A stretch of DNA of 63,366 nt, counting the filler, from Dugesia japonica (Eukaryota): NCBI GenBank assembly GCA_001938525.1. It is 6 parts of 6 records of this genome, joined end to end, with 100 filler letters (N's around TTAATTAATTAA, not from the genome) between each part and the next. Parts side by side here need not be neighbours in the genome. Positions count along the whole stretch, not along the records: positions 1 to 10,134 come from MQRL01605893.1; 5 more parts are not named here. One strand, given 5' to 3'. Each line of letters begins with the position of its first letter. Positions within the stretch are counted from its first letter, which is position 1. The notes under the pieces are model-generated. The model worked only from the letters and a program-made list of their open reading frames with translations. It did not search any database and was not told the DNA's origin. Position numbers and translations under genes: made by a program. Shown in pieces: positions 1 to 10,234 of this stretch.

Positions 1-415
1 AATGTGAACAATATTGTGTTGATTGGTTGTATAAACAGAGTACTAAATAAATGTATTTTTCTCAAAATGTTTGTTTTGTTTGTAAAAATAAATGTTTTCT
101 AAAATAATTGTTTTTTTTGTTACTATTGTTATTAAATATAGTCAAAATAAAAAAAATAAATCTAGATATAATAAAATTAATGTTGTCATTAAATATAGTT
201 ATAATAAAAAAATGATGTTAATAAATATTACATTGAAAACAAAGATCCTATATAGAAGCAATGCGAAGCAGATACAATGCAGATACAAAGCAGGTACAAT
301 GCAGATGCAATAACTAATTTAATTAGACAAAATGTTGTTCGATTAAATCAATATAATTGACTAAATAAAATAGTATATAAGTAAATGTCATAAATCATTT
401 TATTATAATTTTGAA

Positions 416-688
416 ATGATGAATAACTCTCATTACCTTCCTGTCGATGATGAAAGAAAACCAGTTGAAAAAGCAATTGATGATCTGCAAAATTATACTG
501 AAGGTGGAAGAAAAGTCGAATTCATTATCAAACTAATGAGGCGATTAAAAGGTATGCTGGACTTTTCTTGTCAATTTAACGAACAAGACCAAATGAATCA
601 AAATCGAAGAAAATTAACATATGAAGAAATATTTGGTGAGGAAATGCAAAATAATGAAGGTTTTCTATTATTATTACTATTTCATTAA
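416..688 (+). CDS. Hypothetical small protein; the 3' end may run into an intron after ...NNE
   Basis: ORF track; protein-like composition for the first ~80 aa; no family recognised. Confidence 0.35.
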   Translation: MMNNSHYLPVDDERKPVEKAIDDLQNYTEGGRKVEFIIKLMRRLKGMLDFSCQFNEQDQMNQNRRKLTYEEIFGEEMQNNEGFLLLLLFH

Positions 689-852
689 TTTTATTTTCTT
701 TAAGGAAATTTCAATCCACCAGTTACATATCACGGTTATAAAATNNNNNNNNNNNNNNNNNNNNNNNNNNNNNNNNNNNNNNNNNNNNNNNNNNATTAAT
801 TTTATTTTCTTTAAGGAAATTTCAATCCACCAGTTACATATCACGGTTATAA

Positions 853-1191
853 AATGGCTTTTCTCAAAGAACATAAATGATTGCTTCTGCCAGATGTAAT
901 CAAGTTGCAAAAAGTTAAGTTTGGATTACAGATATCGCATTTAACAGATAAAAATATACAATTCATAAAGGATGAATTTAGCCAAATTGATACAGAAATG
1001 GAAACAGACATTCCAATGAAAAGATCATTTTACATTAAAGCAACGGATTTCAATTGGTATGACAATTAAGGAAAACTATGTATTCTAGCACAAGATGGTA
1101 TGACTAAAGTAAAACTCTTACTTCAAGGATACGAAGTAAAAAATTGAATCAAAAATCCTGTATGGAAATTGTTAGATGTTTTTAATTGTTA
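853..1191 (+). pseudogene. Decayed hypothetical ORF
   Basis: The 881-1069 ORF continues in frame through stops: ...FYIKATDFNWYDN*GKLCILAQDGMTKVKLLLQGYEVKN*IKNPVWKLLDVFNC*. Confidence 0.35.
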
Positions 1192-1680
1192 ATTAAAAAT
1201 AGAAAATTTGTTGTTATCGTTATTATTGTAGTTTGATGTCTTAGAAATAAATTGCTTTTTATATAACTTGTTTTTTAATTTTTTATTAAATATCATTATT
1301 TAAAAAAATTAATTCAAAATTTTTACTAAACAATAAATTTAACAATCATTTGAACAATCATTTGAACAATAATCGTTATCAACATCATCCAAGTTTTCCT
1401 TTTTATCATCATTATCAATATCATCATCATCATTACCATTTGTAAAGTTTTTATCATCCATCTCGTTACCTTCGTCTTCATTTGATGCAAGCATGTTTTA
1501 AAATGAAGCAAGTTTCAAACCTTCGTCAATTATCATAGTTGCGTATTCTTTGATAATGAATAAACTTTGTTTTTCCTCTGCAGTATTCATGATTGTAAAG
1601 CATTTTTANNNNNNNNNNNNNNNNNNTTTATAGTCAAAAAGTTTAAATAGACTGAAATGAGTCATTTTTATTTTGTAATT

Positions 1681-2095
1681 ATGTTGCTGTCAAATATTAA
1701 TTATAAAGGATATACTACTGAAAATAGTCTTCAATTTACTTATAAGCCAAAACAATGTATATTAAAGTATCCCGATTATACAATAATCATATTTCCAAAT
1801 GGAAATGTAGAGTAATGGGTTGTAAAAAGCCATTAGAAAGAAAAAATCTTCCATTCAAAATAATTTTTGAACAAATACAATCAGTGATGGTGACTGCTTC
1901 CTTACAGATTTCAATAAATCTACAGAAATTGGCCGAAAAACCAAATTGTATATTTTCAGGTCTTTGATTAGTACTATTTAATCCTTTATGTGTAAATGAT
2001 TTTCATTCTGGGAAAATAGTAATAACCGGTTTGAAAACTTTAGATTTTTATGATGTTGTAAATATTATTAAAAGATATGTATTAGATTTGATAAN
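1681..2095 (+). pseudogene. TATA-binding protein (TBP)-like pseudogene
   Basis: Manual translation: MLLSNINYKG...YTIIIFPNG[frameshift ~1803]KCRVMGCK...IQSVMVTASLQISINLQKLAEKPNCIFSGL*LVLFNPLCVNDFHSGKIVITGLK. Matches both TBP repeats (ALIFSSGKMVCTGAK; IQNMVGSCD..I.LE.L....PGL...VLLIFVSGKVVLTGAK). One frameshift, one stop, EPELF absent. Confidence 0.8.
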
Positions 2096-3543
2096 NNNNN
2101 NNNNNNNNNNNNNNNNNNNNNNNNNNNNNNNNNNNNNNNNNNNNNNNNNNNNNNNNTAATTAAGTCATGTAATACATATACATGATATAAGCAAGTCATA
2201 AGCAATGTAGATGCAATTTATACATCAATATTACTGATTAGGCAGACTTATGTATAATGAAAAGTTATAATTCATGTTTTCATAATTTTACAACAATGAT
2301 GAAAATGGATGATTTTGAAAGTAAAATGGTGAATGAGGAAAGAGAAAATATCTTAAAATTATGCAATCAACAACAACAGCATCAACAAGCAACACAAACG
2401 ACCAGTAAGTATCCATTCTAACTTAATTCAATTCTCGTCAACAATATGGAGAAATATCTACGCGATTTTTAAAAACCACTAAATCTTGATATATTTTTCT
2501 CAATTTATTGAAATTTTAAAATATTGTAAAATAAATTTTTTTTCTTTATTTTTTCATGAAAAAATTTTAAAAAATAATAAAATAAAAGATACAGATCGAT
2601 CAGTAATTAACGCGACTTTATTCCTCTAAATTGTTGAGAAAAATCGATGAAAAAATATCTTTGCATGTTACCATGACAACCACTCCATTCTTTTTAATCA
2701 AGGTCAGAAAAAAATCTATATTCCATTACAAAAAGAATTTCTTTAAAAAATATATGGTAATTTGCCTAAAAACATTGGATGACTAGAGAACAGGAACTTT
2801 AGAAAGTTTTCTCAATTTTCTCACATTTTAAAATTTTCAAAAATCACAAAGAGAAATTTTATTTTTTCAGAAAAAATTCAAAAAAAATATTAAAAAAATT
2901 TTGGTTGCCATTGCAAACAGTTACCGTAGATACGACAACTTTTGATACACATTACGCAATAAGCTTCCGCGCACCATTGCCTTTAGTTACCCCGTAAAAT
3001 CAAAAAACCCATATCTCGGCCGGTTCCTTTGGAAATGGTCCGGATCACGGTTTCGATAAAATGCCATAGAGCGGTCGCGGTCACGGTTCTGCGATTGTTA
3101 CCATGTTAACGGTTACCCCCTTGTCTGTCCTCGTGTCCTCCTTTCTCTCTACTCAATCTACTTCAAGGTATGACTTTATTTTATTTTAGATAATATTTTA
3201 AACTTTAATAATTAGGAAAAAGAAGAAATATGTGTATATGAGAACGTGTATCGGTCATCTTTAGGACCACAAATATTGATTGAGAGTATATTAGTCCTCT
3301 TTAGGGCCCCAAATTATAGGTTCAATAAAGAAACTTAAGCAAATATCATGTAATGCAGAGGCAAGTCATCAAAAACTATGAGTCATACATGTGCAACTCG
3401 AATGTAAGTTAAACAAAGACAATGCAAGTATACAAAGAGGATGAGTAATGCAGGTGCGCAATAAGAATGCAAGTTTAACACAGAAAATAAAGTTGCAACA
3501 ATGGTTAATATAAACAAAATCAACATCTTTTATTTTATCGACA

Positions 3544-3868
3544 ATGAATTTAGACAAAGTTATAGATGATATGGTTGAATATATTGATATAAATTATTCC
3601 CATGAAATTCAACAAAATGTTGTAGAATTGAATGAAGAAGAGAAGAAGGAAACATTTGTTGAAGCTATAGGTAAGATATTTCTATTAATTTATTATTTAA
3701 ATAATAAATAACTTAGAAAATATTCAAGAGGATGCTGAAATGGTAGTCGATGTACAAACAGTCGAAGTAAACACAGATGTACCAATGATAGAGGAAGAAA
3801 TACTGGTAATTAAAGATGCGGACCTTTTAAAAAAATCAACAGATATATTTGATTATATTGACTGTTAA
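3544..3868 (+). CDS. Two-exon small acidic protein (exons 3544-3670, 3717-3868; 92 aa)
   Basis: ATG at 3544; G|gtaaga donor; 46-nt AT-rich intron ending ttag; splicing restores an open frame to TAA at 3866-3868; AATAAA about 15 nt downstream. Confidence 0.6.
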
Positions 3869-5262
3869 TTATATGTTATCAAATAAATAATCGTTTTAAA
3901 ATTGTTTTTATTTTCATTAGCAGTGTAACAAATATATTTTTAAAAAACAAAAAAATCAATTTTATAAGAAAGTAAGCATTATAACATACAAGTTCATGAG
4001 ACAATCGTATCTGCATTTTTAATTTTCTATCTAATATATAAAAATAAAATAAAAAATAAAAATTTCTTTGTTTAACTTCTTTGTTCTCTGGTCTTTAAAT
4101 TTGGACGAAACAAATAACCTTTTGATACTATTCACTAATATAATGTATGAATAGTTTTTAATTCTTTATCGAATTGTTCAAGAATAAAATTTTAAAAATT
4201 CAAAATGGCGGCTATGTCGATTTTTAAAATTTCTTTGTTTAATAACCTTCTATGACGATGTCAACTAAAATTCTTTCATACACCAATTTGTTTGCCAACA
4301 AAAAGCGCGTCGTTCAATATCAAGTTCGGCGCGATATCATGTTTCTACTTGACTCTGTCTTCAAAAAACTAAATTCCTTTGTTCCCATTTTTCAACCGGA
4401 AGAAAGCATTTTAGGATACGAGTTCATGAGACATTTCTATCTTACTTTTTAATGTTATATTTAAACATAAATTTTCATCCAAATCAGTCTACTAATATCA
4501 AATTTGCGACTGTCCAAAAAATTTTATAGATAATAGGAACGAAAAGCTGCAAAATTTTTATAAATTGAGTAAGTAAGCGATTACGTAAACAAAATAATTA
4601 ATTTTTTGTGTTTTTAATCAGGAAGGAATTATTTTACGGTACAAATTCATTACATATTCCTATTTTACTTTTTAATTTTCTATCCGATGGTGCTACTCGT
4701 GACCTTGAATGACCTTGACAAAAAAAGGATTACCCTTAAAAATGAATGACTTTGAAAAAACCTTTAATGACCTTGTATAAAACAATTTAAAAAAATAAAA
4801 TTACAAAAAACAATTTTTAAAAAAATCAAAAAAAATTCGAATAAAGAAAAATTTATAAAAATGGAAAAAAATATTTTAAAAAATCTCTCAAAAAAAGAAA
4901 TTTTCCATCCAAGGAGATGCGGTCATGCTGACATGTCTCACTACTTTGATCTTTAATAGTGATTTTCATAGGGAAAGAATATTTTTACGCTACAGGTTCA
5001 TGAGACAATCCTATCTTACTTTTTAATTTTTTATCTTATGACATAAAAAAATTAGGAAAGAAAATGAAAGAAATTTGAAACTTTTAAACAAACAAAAAAT
5101 ATTAATATTAAGTTTGCGCGGGGAATTCAATTATAAAGTCTGTCAAATGATATGCCATGGGAATAACCTTGACTTACTTTCATTTAACCTTAACCTACAT
5201 TAATTCGATCTTGAAATAATGAAACAATCATAAGAGAAAATTATAAAGAAAAAATAAATGCG

Positions 5263-6798
5263 ATGTTAGAAGAATTACTAAATTTTATGGATGATAAAGA
5301 TCGAAATGAATCAAATTGTAATTTAGATTATATAATTGATTTTAAAATAGAACTAGAAAAATATCAATCATTAGTTGGTGGCGTCTATACTTATTGTGAT
5401 TTGCCGTTAGAAAGATATGGAATTATTAATATAAAAAATAAAGATGATAAATGTTTACTTTATTCTGTTTTAGCTCATAAATATGTTTTTCATAATGCAA
5501 GGCGAGTAAATAATTATATTCCACATTTACGCGAATTAAAAACAGAAGGAATGAACTTTCCATCAAGAATTGAAGATGTGAAGAAATTAGAAAAGTTAAA
5601 TGGTTTAAATATAAATGATTTTGAAAAAGATGGTAAATTAAAGATTACACCGCTTTACATTTCACATTACGAAGCAAAACCAAATCCAGAAGATGATAAA
5701 TGTAATTTGTTAATTTATTCACAACATTATGTATTAGTTAGAAATGTCGAAAGTTTATTAAATGTGCCTAGAGGAAATCATTCATGCTTAGGTTGTATGA
5801 ATCAATATTCTAATAAAAATGTTTTATTAAAACATCAACAAGAATGTTAAAAAATCAACAAAAACCAGCAAATGTGAAATTTCCTAATTATGATTATTTC
5901 GAATTTAAAAATAATTGCTTTATAAATAAAATGCCATTTCTTTTATATGGTGATTTTGAAGCATATACAAAAGAAAATAGAAAACAAGAAGCGTTAAGTT
6001 TAGGTGTTTATTTCAAAAGCGATTACCAAAAATTATTTTAAAGCGGATATTATGGATTCTCAGGAGAAAATGTTATTAATGATTTTATAAAGTTTCTTGA
6101 AAATATTAATTATCAATTTAGAGATGTTATTTTTAATAAATTAATAATAGATTACACAGGAACAAACCATCCAGAATTTATACCAAATCAATTATGTAGG
6201 TATTGTGATCAACCAATAACAGAAAATCCACTTAAAGACCATAACCATTTCAATGGAAAATTTCGTGGTTATGCACATTCAGAATGTAATCTTCAAGATA
6301 GAAGTAAAAAGAATTTATTTATACCATTTTACTTTCATAACGCGATGGGTTATGATAATCATTTGTTTTTTGAAACAACTTTTAAAGAAGCATCCAAATG
6401 AAATAAAGAAAATAATTCCACATTCTGATGATCAATGTATTTCATTTCAATATAAAAATATAAGATTTCTAGGTTCTTATAAATTATGTCCAACAACTGT
6501 TGAGAAAATGGGTGGTACATTATCTAAAATAAGAAATCATACCATATTAGATTCATTTAACTTAAAACCAAAGAAGGCATATTTTCCTTATTATTATGTA
6601 AAAGGAAATAATGCTACAGAAGTCATGCAACTATTAAAATTAAACAACATTCCAACAAAAGATGATTTCTTTACCATATTAAAACAAAAAGGAATATCCG
6701 ACGAAGATTATGCGATATTTCTAATTGACTTTGAACAATATGAAAATATGTGGCAATACATGTTACATTACATGAAACTTGATGTATTAATTACTTGA
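5263..6798 (+). pseudogene. Protein-primed family B DNA polymerase (pPolB), N-terminal/exonuclease half with inserted endonuclease VII; Polinton/adintovirus type
   Basis: IINIKNKDDKCLLYSVLA; C2HC finger CLGC...KHQQEC; ExoI PFLLYGDFE; EndoVII CRYC...KDHNHFNGKFRGYAHSECNL; ExoII FHNAMGYDNH; RFLGSY; KAYFPYYY; ExoIII YMKLDVL. Frameshifts and stops; polymerase domain absent. Confidence 0.9.
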
Positions 6799-7073
6799 TT
6801 CATAATTACATATGTTTTTTTACCAAATGATAATTCAATATTTACACTTAACAACAATCAATTTCATATTAGTGATCACGTTTATAATTTTAAATTTCCA
6901 AAAAATTCTATTGTTTTACATGCAGACATTAAAGAAAAAGTTTGTATATATATTGAGGGTTATTGTGATATTGTAAAATTTCTTTACACCATTAAANNNN
7001 NNNNNNNNNNNNNNNNNNNNNNNNNNNNNNNNNNNNNNNNNNNNNNATTAAAATTAATAATATTGCATTAGTA

Positions 7074-7713
7074 ATGGATCATGTTACACCTGAAGATGGT
7101 AATATTAAAATTTATCGTGAAAGTACTGAAATTAATAAAGATATAAAAATAAATTACATTGAAATAATTTTTGTAAATAAAATTAAATTAAAGAGTTTAA
7201 ATATTAAGTTTGATACTTTAAATCAATTAAAAAAAGAATTTGAAAGTTTAAAACCAAAACTGCATAAATTTTATATTAGCAAAATTAATCTTTTTTTTAA
7301 AACTAATTCATTCAAAGAAATAAGAGAAATGTTTGATAATTACTTACCTTATTATTCAAATCCACATTTGACTATTTTCAATTAAACATGTAAAAGATGA
7401 TCTTCCACATTTTAGTATTTTAGAGAAATATGTTTATGATTTTAATTTTAAAAGAAAAGGTAAAGAACTTTTAATTATTGCTTTAAACACAAACATTAAT
7501 ACAAAAGTAAGAATAAATATTAATGCCTACGGACAAACAGAAAATTTTACATATGCCATTAAAATTAATACTATAACAATAGCATTTACACATTCTAATG
7601 AAAATATTAATATTTTTAAAGAAAGCACTGAAATTAATAAAGATACAAATATAAAGTATATTGCAATAGTTTTACCAGAAAAAATTAAGTTAAAGTATTT
7701 AACTTTAACTTAA
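7074..7713 (+). pseudogene. Frameshifted ORF with an internally duplicated domain (Polinton accessory)
   Basis: 7074-7385 and 7381-7713 are open in different frames; NIKIYRESTEINKDIKINYIEIIFVNKIKLKSL vs NINIFKESTEINKDTNIKYIAIVLPEKIKLKYL. Confidence 0.5.
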
Positions 7714-7715
7714 AA

Positions 7716-8327
7716 ATGTTATATAGAAAAATGGACGCGGACAAATTATATCCAGAGTTAAATGAAGAAAGAAATTGTTTTACTATTTTAGATTTAAAAA
7801 ATAAACTTGCAATGTCTAGAATTAAAGATTTTGAAAATGACCTTTACTTTATAAAAGATAAAATTAAACATTATAAGAAAATACATAAAAAATGGGAAAG
7901 AATTGATTCAAGTATAAAATATGCACAAATAATTGTTAGTGCAGGAATTGGAATTGGTGGTATTATATTAATTACTCCAATTAGAATAGCGCTTACAACA
8001 ATCGGTATACCAATTATAACAGGCGCTATTTCCATGTTACCTGTAATAGGAACATTAAACACTTCATTAATAAAATCTAGAAAAGAAAAATATGAAAAGT
8101 TAATAAAGAAACTTGAATGTGTTAAAAACAAATTATTCTTATTTCCACAGAAAGCTGTTAATGATGAAATTTTAACTGATGATGAGTTACTGATTTCTAA
8201 AAATATGGTTAATGAAGTTCATGAATTAATGTCTGGACATAAAAAAGCGAAAGATGAAAATTTAAAAATCCTACTAGAAAATCAAAGCAAGGTTATTAAT
8301 GAAATGAAAATGAAACTTGGCATGTAA
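7716..8327 (+). CDS. Polinton/adintovirus-type membrane protein (LYPxL start, central Gly-rich hydrophobic hairpin, KA..D..L...E tail)
   Basis: Intact 203-aa ORF: KLYPEL, coiled coil, IIVSAGIGIGGIILITP...IGIPIITGAISMLPVIG, KAVNDEILTDDEL. Architecture resembles a recurrent Polinton accessory family. Confidence 0.65.
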   Translation: MLYRKMDADKLYPELNEERNCFTILDLKNKLAMSRIKDFENDLYFIKDKIKHYKKIHKKWERIDSSIKYAQIIVSAGIGIGGIILITPIRIALTTIGIPIITGAISMLPVIGTLNTSLIKSRKEKYEKLIKKLECVKNKLFLFPQKAVNDEILTDDELLISKNMVNEVHELMSGHKKAKDENLKILLENQSKVINEMKMKLGM

Positions 8328-8410
8328 AATATTAGATGTAAAATGTTGAATGTAAAATGTTGAATGTAAAAGGTTGAATGTAAAATGTGATATGTAAAAT
8401 GTAAAATGTT
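8322..8410 (+). repeat. 14-bp tandem repeat (ATGTAAAATGTTGA), about 6 degenerate copies
   Basis: Read directly. Confidence 0.85.
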
Positions 8411-8439
8411 GGTTTCAGCTGTTCGCATGCGAACGGATA

Positions 8440-8757
8440 ATGATTAAATTAATTTTATTCCAAATAGCTACGGAAATGTCTACAACAGAAAGTGAATGTG
8501 AATGTGAAAGTGAGTGTGAATGTGGAACAATAAAAACAAATGAAAGAATTAAAAAAGGATATGACAAATTATTAAAAAAAGTTAAAAAATTATTTAAAAC
8601 AATAGAACCAGTAAAAAAAGAATTTTTACATATTATATTAGAAGAAGATCGTGGTGATTTAATATTTAAAAATCAACCGCCTAAAGAACATTTATTATGT
8701 TTAATAAAAAAAGGAATGGAAATAAAAAAAGAAAAAAAAGAAGAAAAAAATGTTTAA
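8440..8757 (+). CDS. Hypothetical Polinton-associated protein (ECECESECEC, Lys-rich)
   Basis: ORF track; overlaps the next ORF in compact, virus-like packing. Confidence 0.5.
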   Translation: MIKLILFQIATEMSTTESECECESECECGTIKTNERIKKGYDKLLKKVKKLFKTIEPVKKEFLHIILEEDRGDLIFKNQPPKEHLLCLIKKGMEIKKEKKEEKNV

Positions 8758-9954
8758 AAGAAAAATGCTTGAATTAAAAAGAAAGAAATTAAAAAGTATT
8801 ACATTTATTACAAAAATAATTATTCCATTGGCCTACGAACAAATAGTAATAAATAATTTCGAGAGAAAAAAGTGTTCGCATTTGAAAAGTAGTAACAATT
8901 TTTTCCATATAGAAATAGCAATTGAAGAATTATTTTATATATGCTGCCACAAATGTAAATATGTTTTTGATTCATATTTACGAGTAAATAATCCTGAACT
9001 TCTTGAACATCTTAAAAAATATGAGGAAAAAAGAAAAAGAGAAAATATGTTTAAAACTGGTAACATGATTGGATTTAATAAATTTGATGAAAAATGTTGG
9101 AATCAAATACAAATACCATCATTACAATTAAAAAAGAATCCATTAAAAAGGTCTCTGAAAATATGGTTTCACATAGAAAAACTTTTGAAGAAGAAATCGC
9201 TTCGCTGACCTCTGGACAAATAGAAGATATTAAAACTCTAGATGAAATATCTGAAATCGCTTCGCTGGCCTCCGGACAAATAGAATATGATAATGATGAT
9301 GTTACATTTGAAAACGCTACGCTGGACTACGTACAAGATATAAATATAAATGGAGATGTAGATATTTCATATGTAGATGTTTCATATGCAGATTTAAATG
9401 AAGATGTTACATGTGAAATCGAAAATGAACATGTAACACCTGAAGGCGGTATGTTGGACTACATACAAGATGAATCACCTGAAGATGTTGAATTTTATCA
9501 AAGATTTTCTAAATTACTTGTGAATCGTATTAATCCAGAATTGTTTAATTTAAATGATGCAATAATGTTACCAGAGAAACAATTAAATTATGAAGATGAA
9601 ACATTAGAAAATATTAATGATAATATTAAACAATGGGTTAATAATTTAAATGTTGGAAAAAGAATTGTTTTAATAAGTCTTTATAAATTGGGTTATTTCT
9701 TTAATTTATTAAAAACTAAATTTAAAAGTAATCGTGAAATAGAAGAACATTTACAGCAAATTGGAATTAACTATAAAATTAATTATATAAACAAAATAAT
9801 AAACTTATATAAATTTGCTAATCATTATCCGGAAATATTAAAATCAAATTGGTCATTTAGAACAATAGAAAAAGAAATAAAAAGAATTAAAATATTTTCC
9901 CGAGAAAATAAATTTGAACAATTAAGACAATTAAATTTTGTGTGTAATATTTAA
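8750..9954 (+). CDS. Hypothetical Polinton-associated protein(s): 8750-9208 (Cys/His) and 9094-9954 (acidic repeats + helical C-terminal domain), possibly one frameshifted gene
   Basis: Overlapping ORFs; internal repeats EIASL(T/A)SGQIE and LDY(V/I)QD; C-terminal LYKLGYFF...YINKIINLYKFANHYPEI. Confidence 0.5.
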
Positions 9955-10134
9955 AATTAAAAATGCGCCTTGCAGGGCGCAAAATGTTTTGTGTAAAATC
10001 TAAAATAAATCATCTAACATTTCATCTGTTTCTTTATTTAAGTAAAAATAATTATATTTGGTTTTCCAGTGAAGATTTACTTCATAATCATAATCTAACT
10101 TATTTATAAAAATATTTGAAAACAATTCATGATA

Positions 10135-10234
10135 NNNNNNNNNNNNNNNNNNNNNNNNNNNNNNNNNNNNNNNNNNNNTTAATTAATTAANNNNNNNNNN
10201 NNNNNNNNNNNNNNNNNNNNNNNNNNNNNNNNNN
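10135..10234. other. Artificial scaffold-joining spacer (N44-TTAATTAATTAA-N44)
   Basis: Exactly 44 N + six-frame-stop 12-mer + 44 N; the identical structure recurs five times. Confidence 0.97.

Larger units (their letters stand above)
400..10134 (+). mobile_element. Decayed Polinton/Maverick (adintovirus-like) element fragment with accessory ORFs; boundaries approximate
   Basis: pPolB N-terminal/exonuclease part, Polinton-type membrane ORF, densely packed co-oriented ORFs at 7074-9954, and TGACCTTGA/TTCCCCGCGC motifs shared with the Polinton end at 30069-30690. Inclusion of 400-4600 is inferred from proximity. Confidence 0.75.

Noticed and set aside
684-854. Direct repeat flanking the N gap and ORFs 621-899 / 677-910
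   Set aside because: Identical sequence on both sides of a gap is most likely an unmerged assembly overlap.
7871-8131. Antisense hydrophobic ORF, and similar shadow ORFs over the gypsy regions
   Set aside because: Reverse-strand shadows of better-supported coding sequence.
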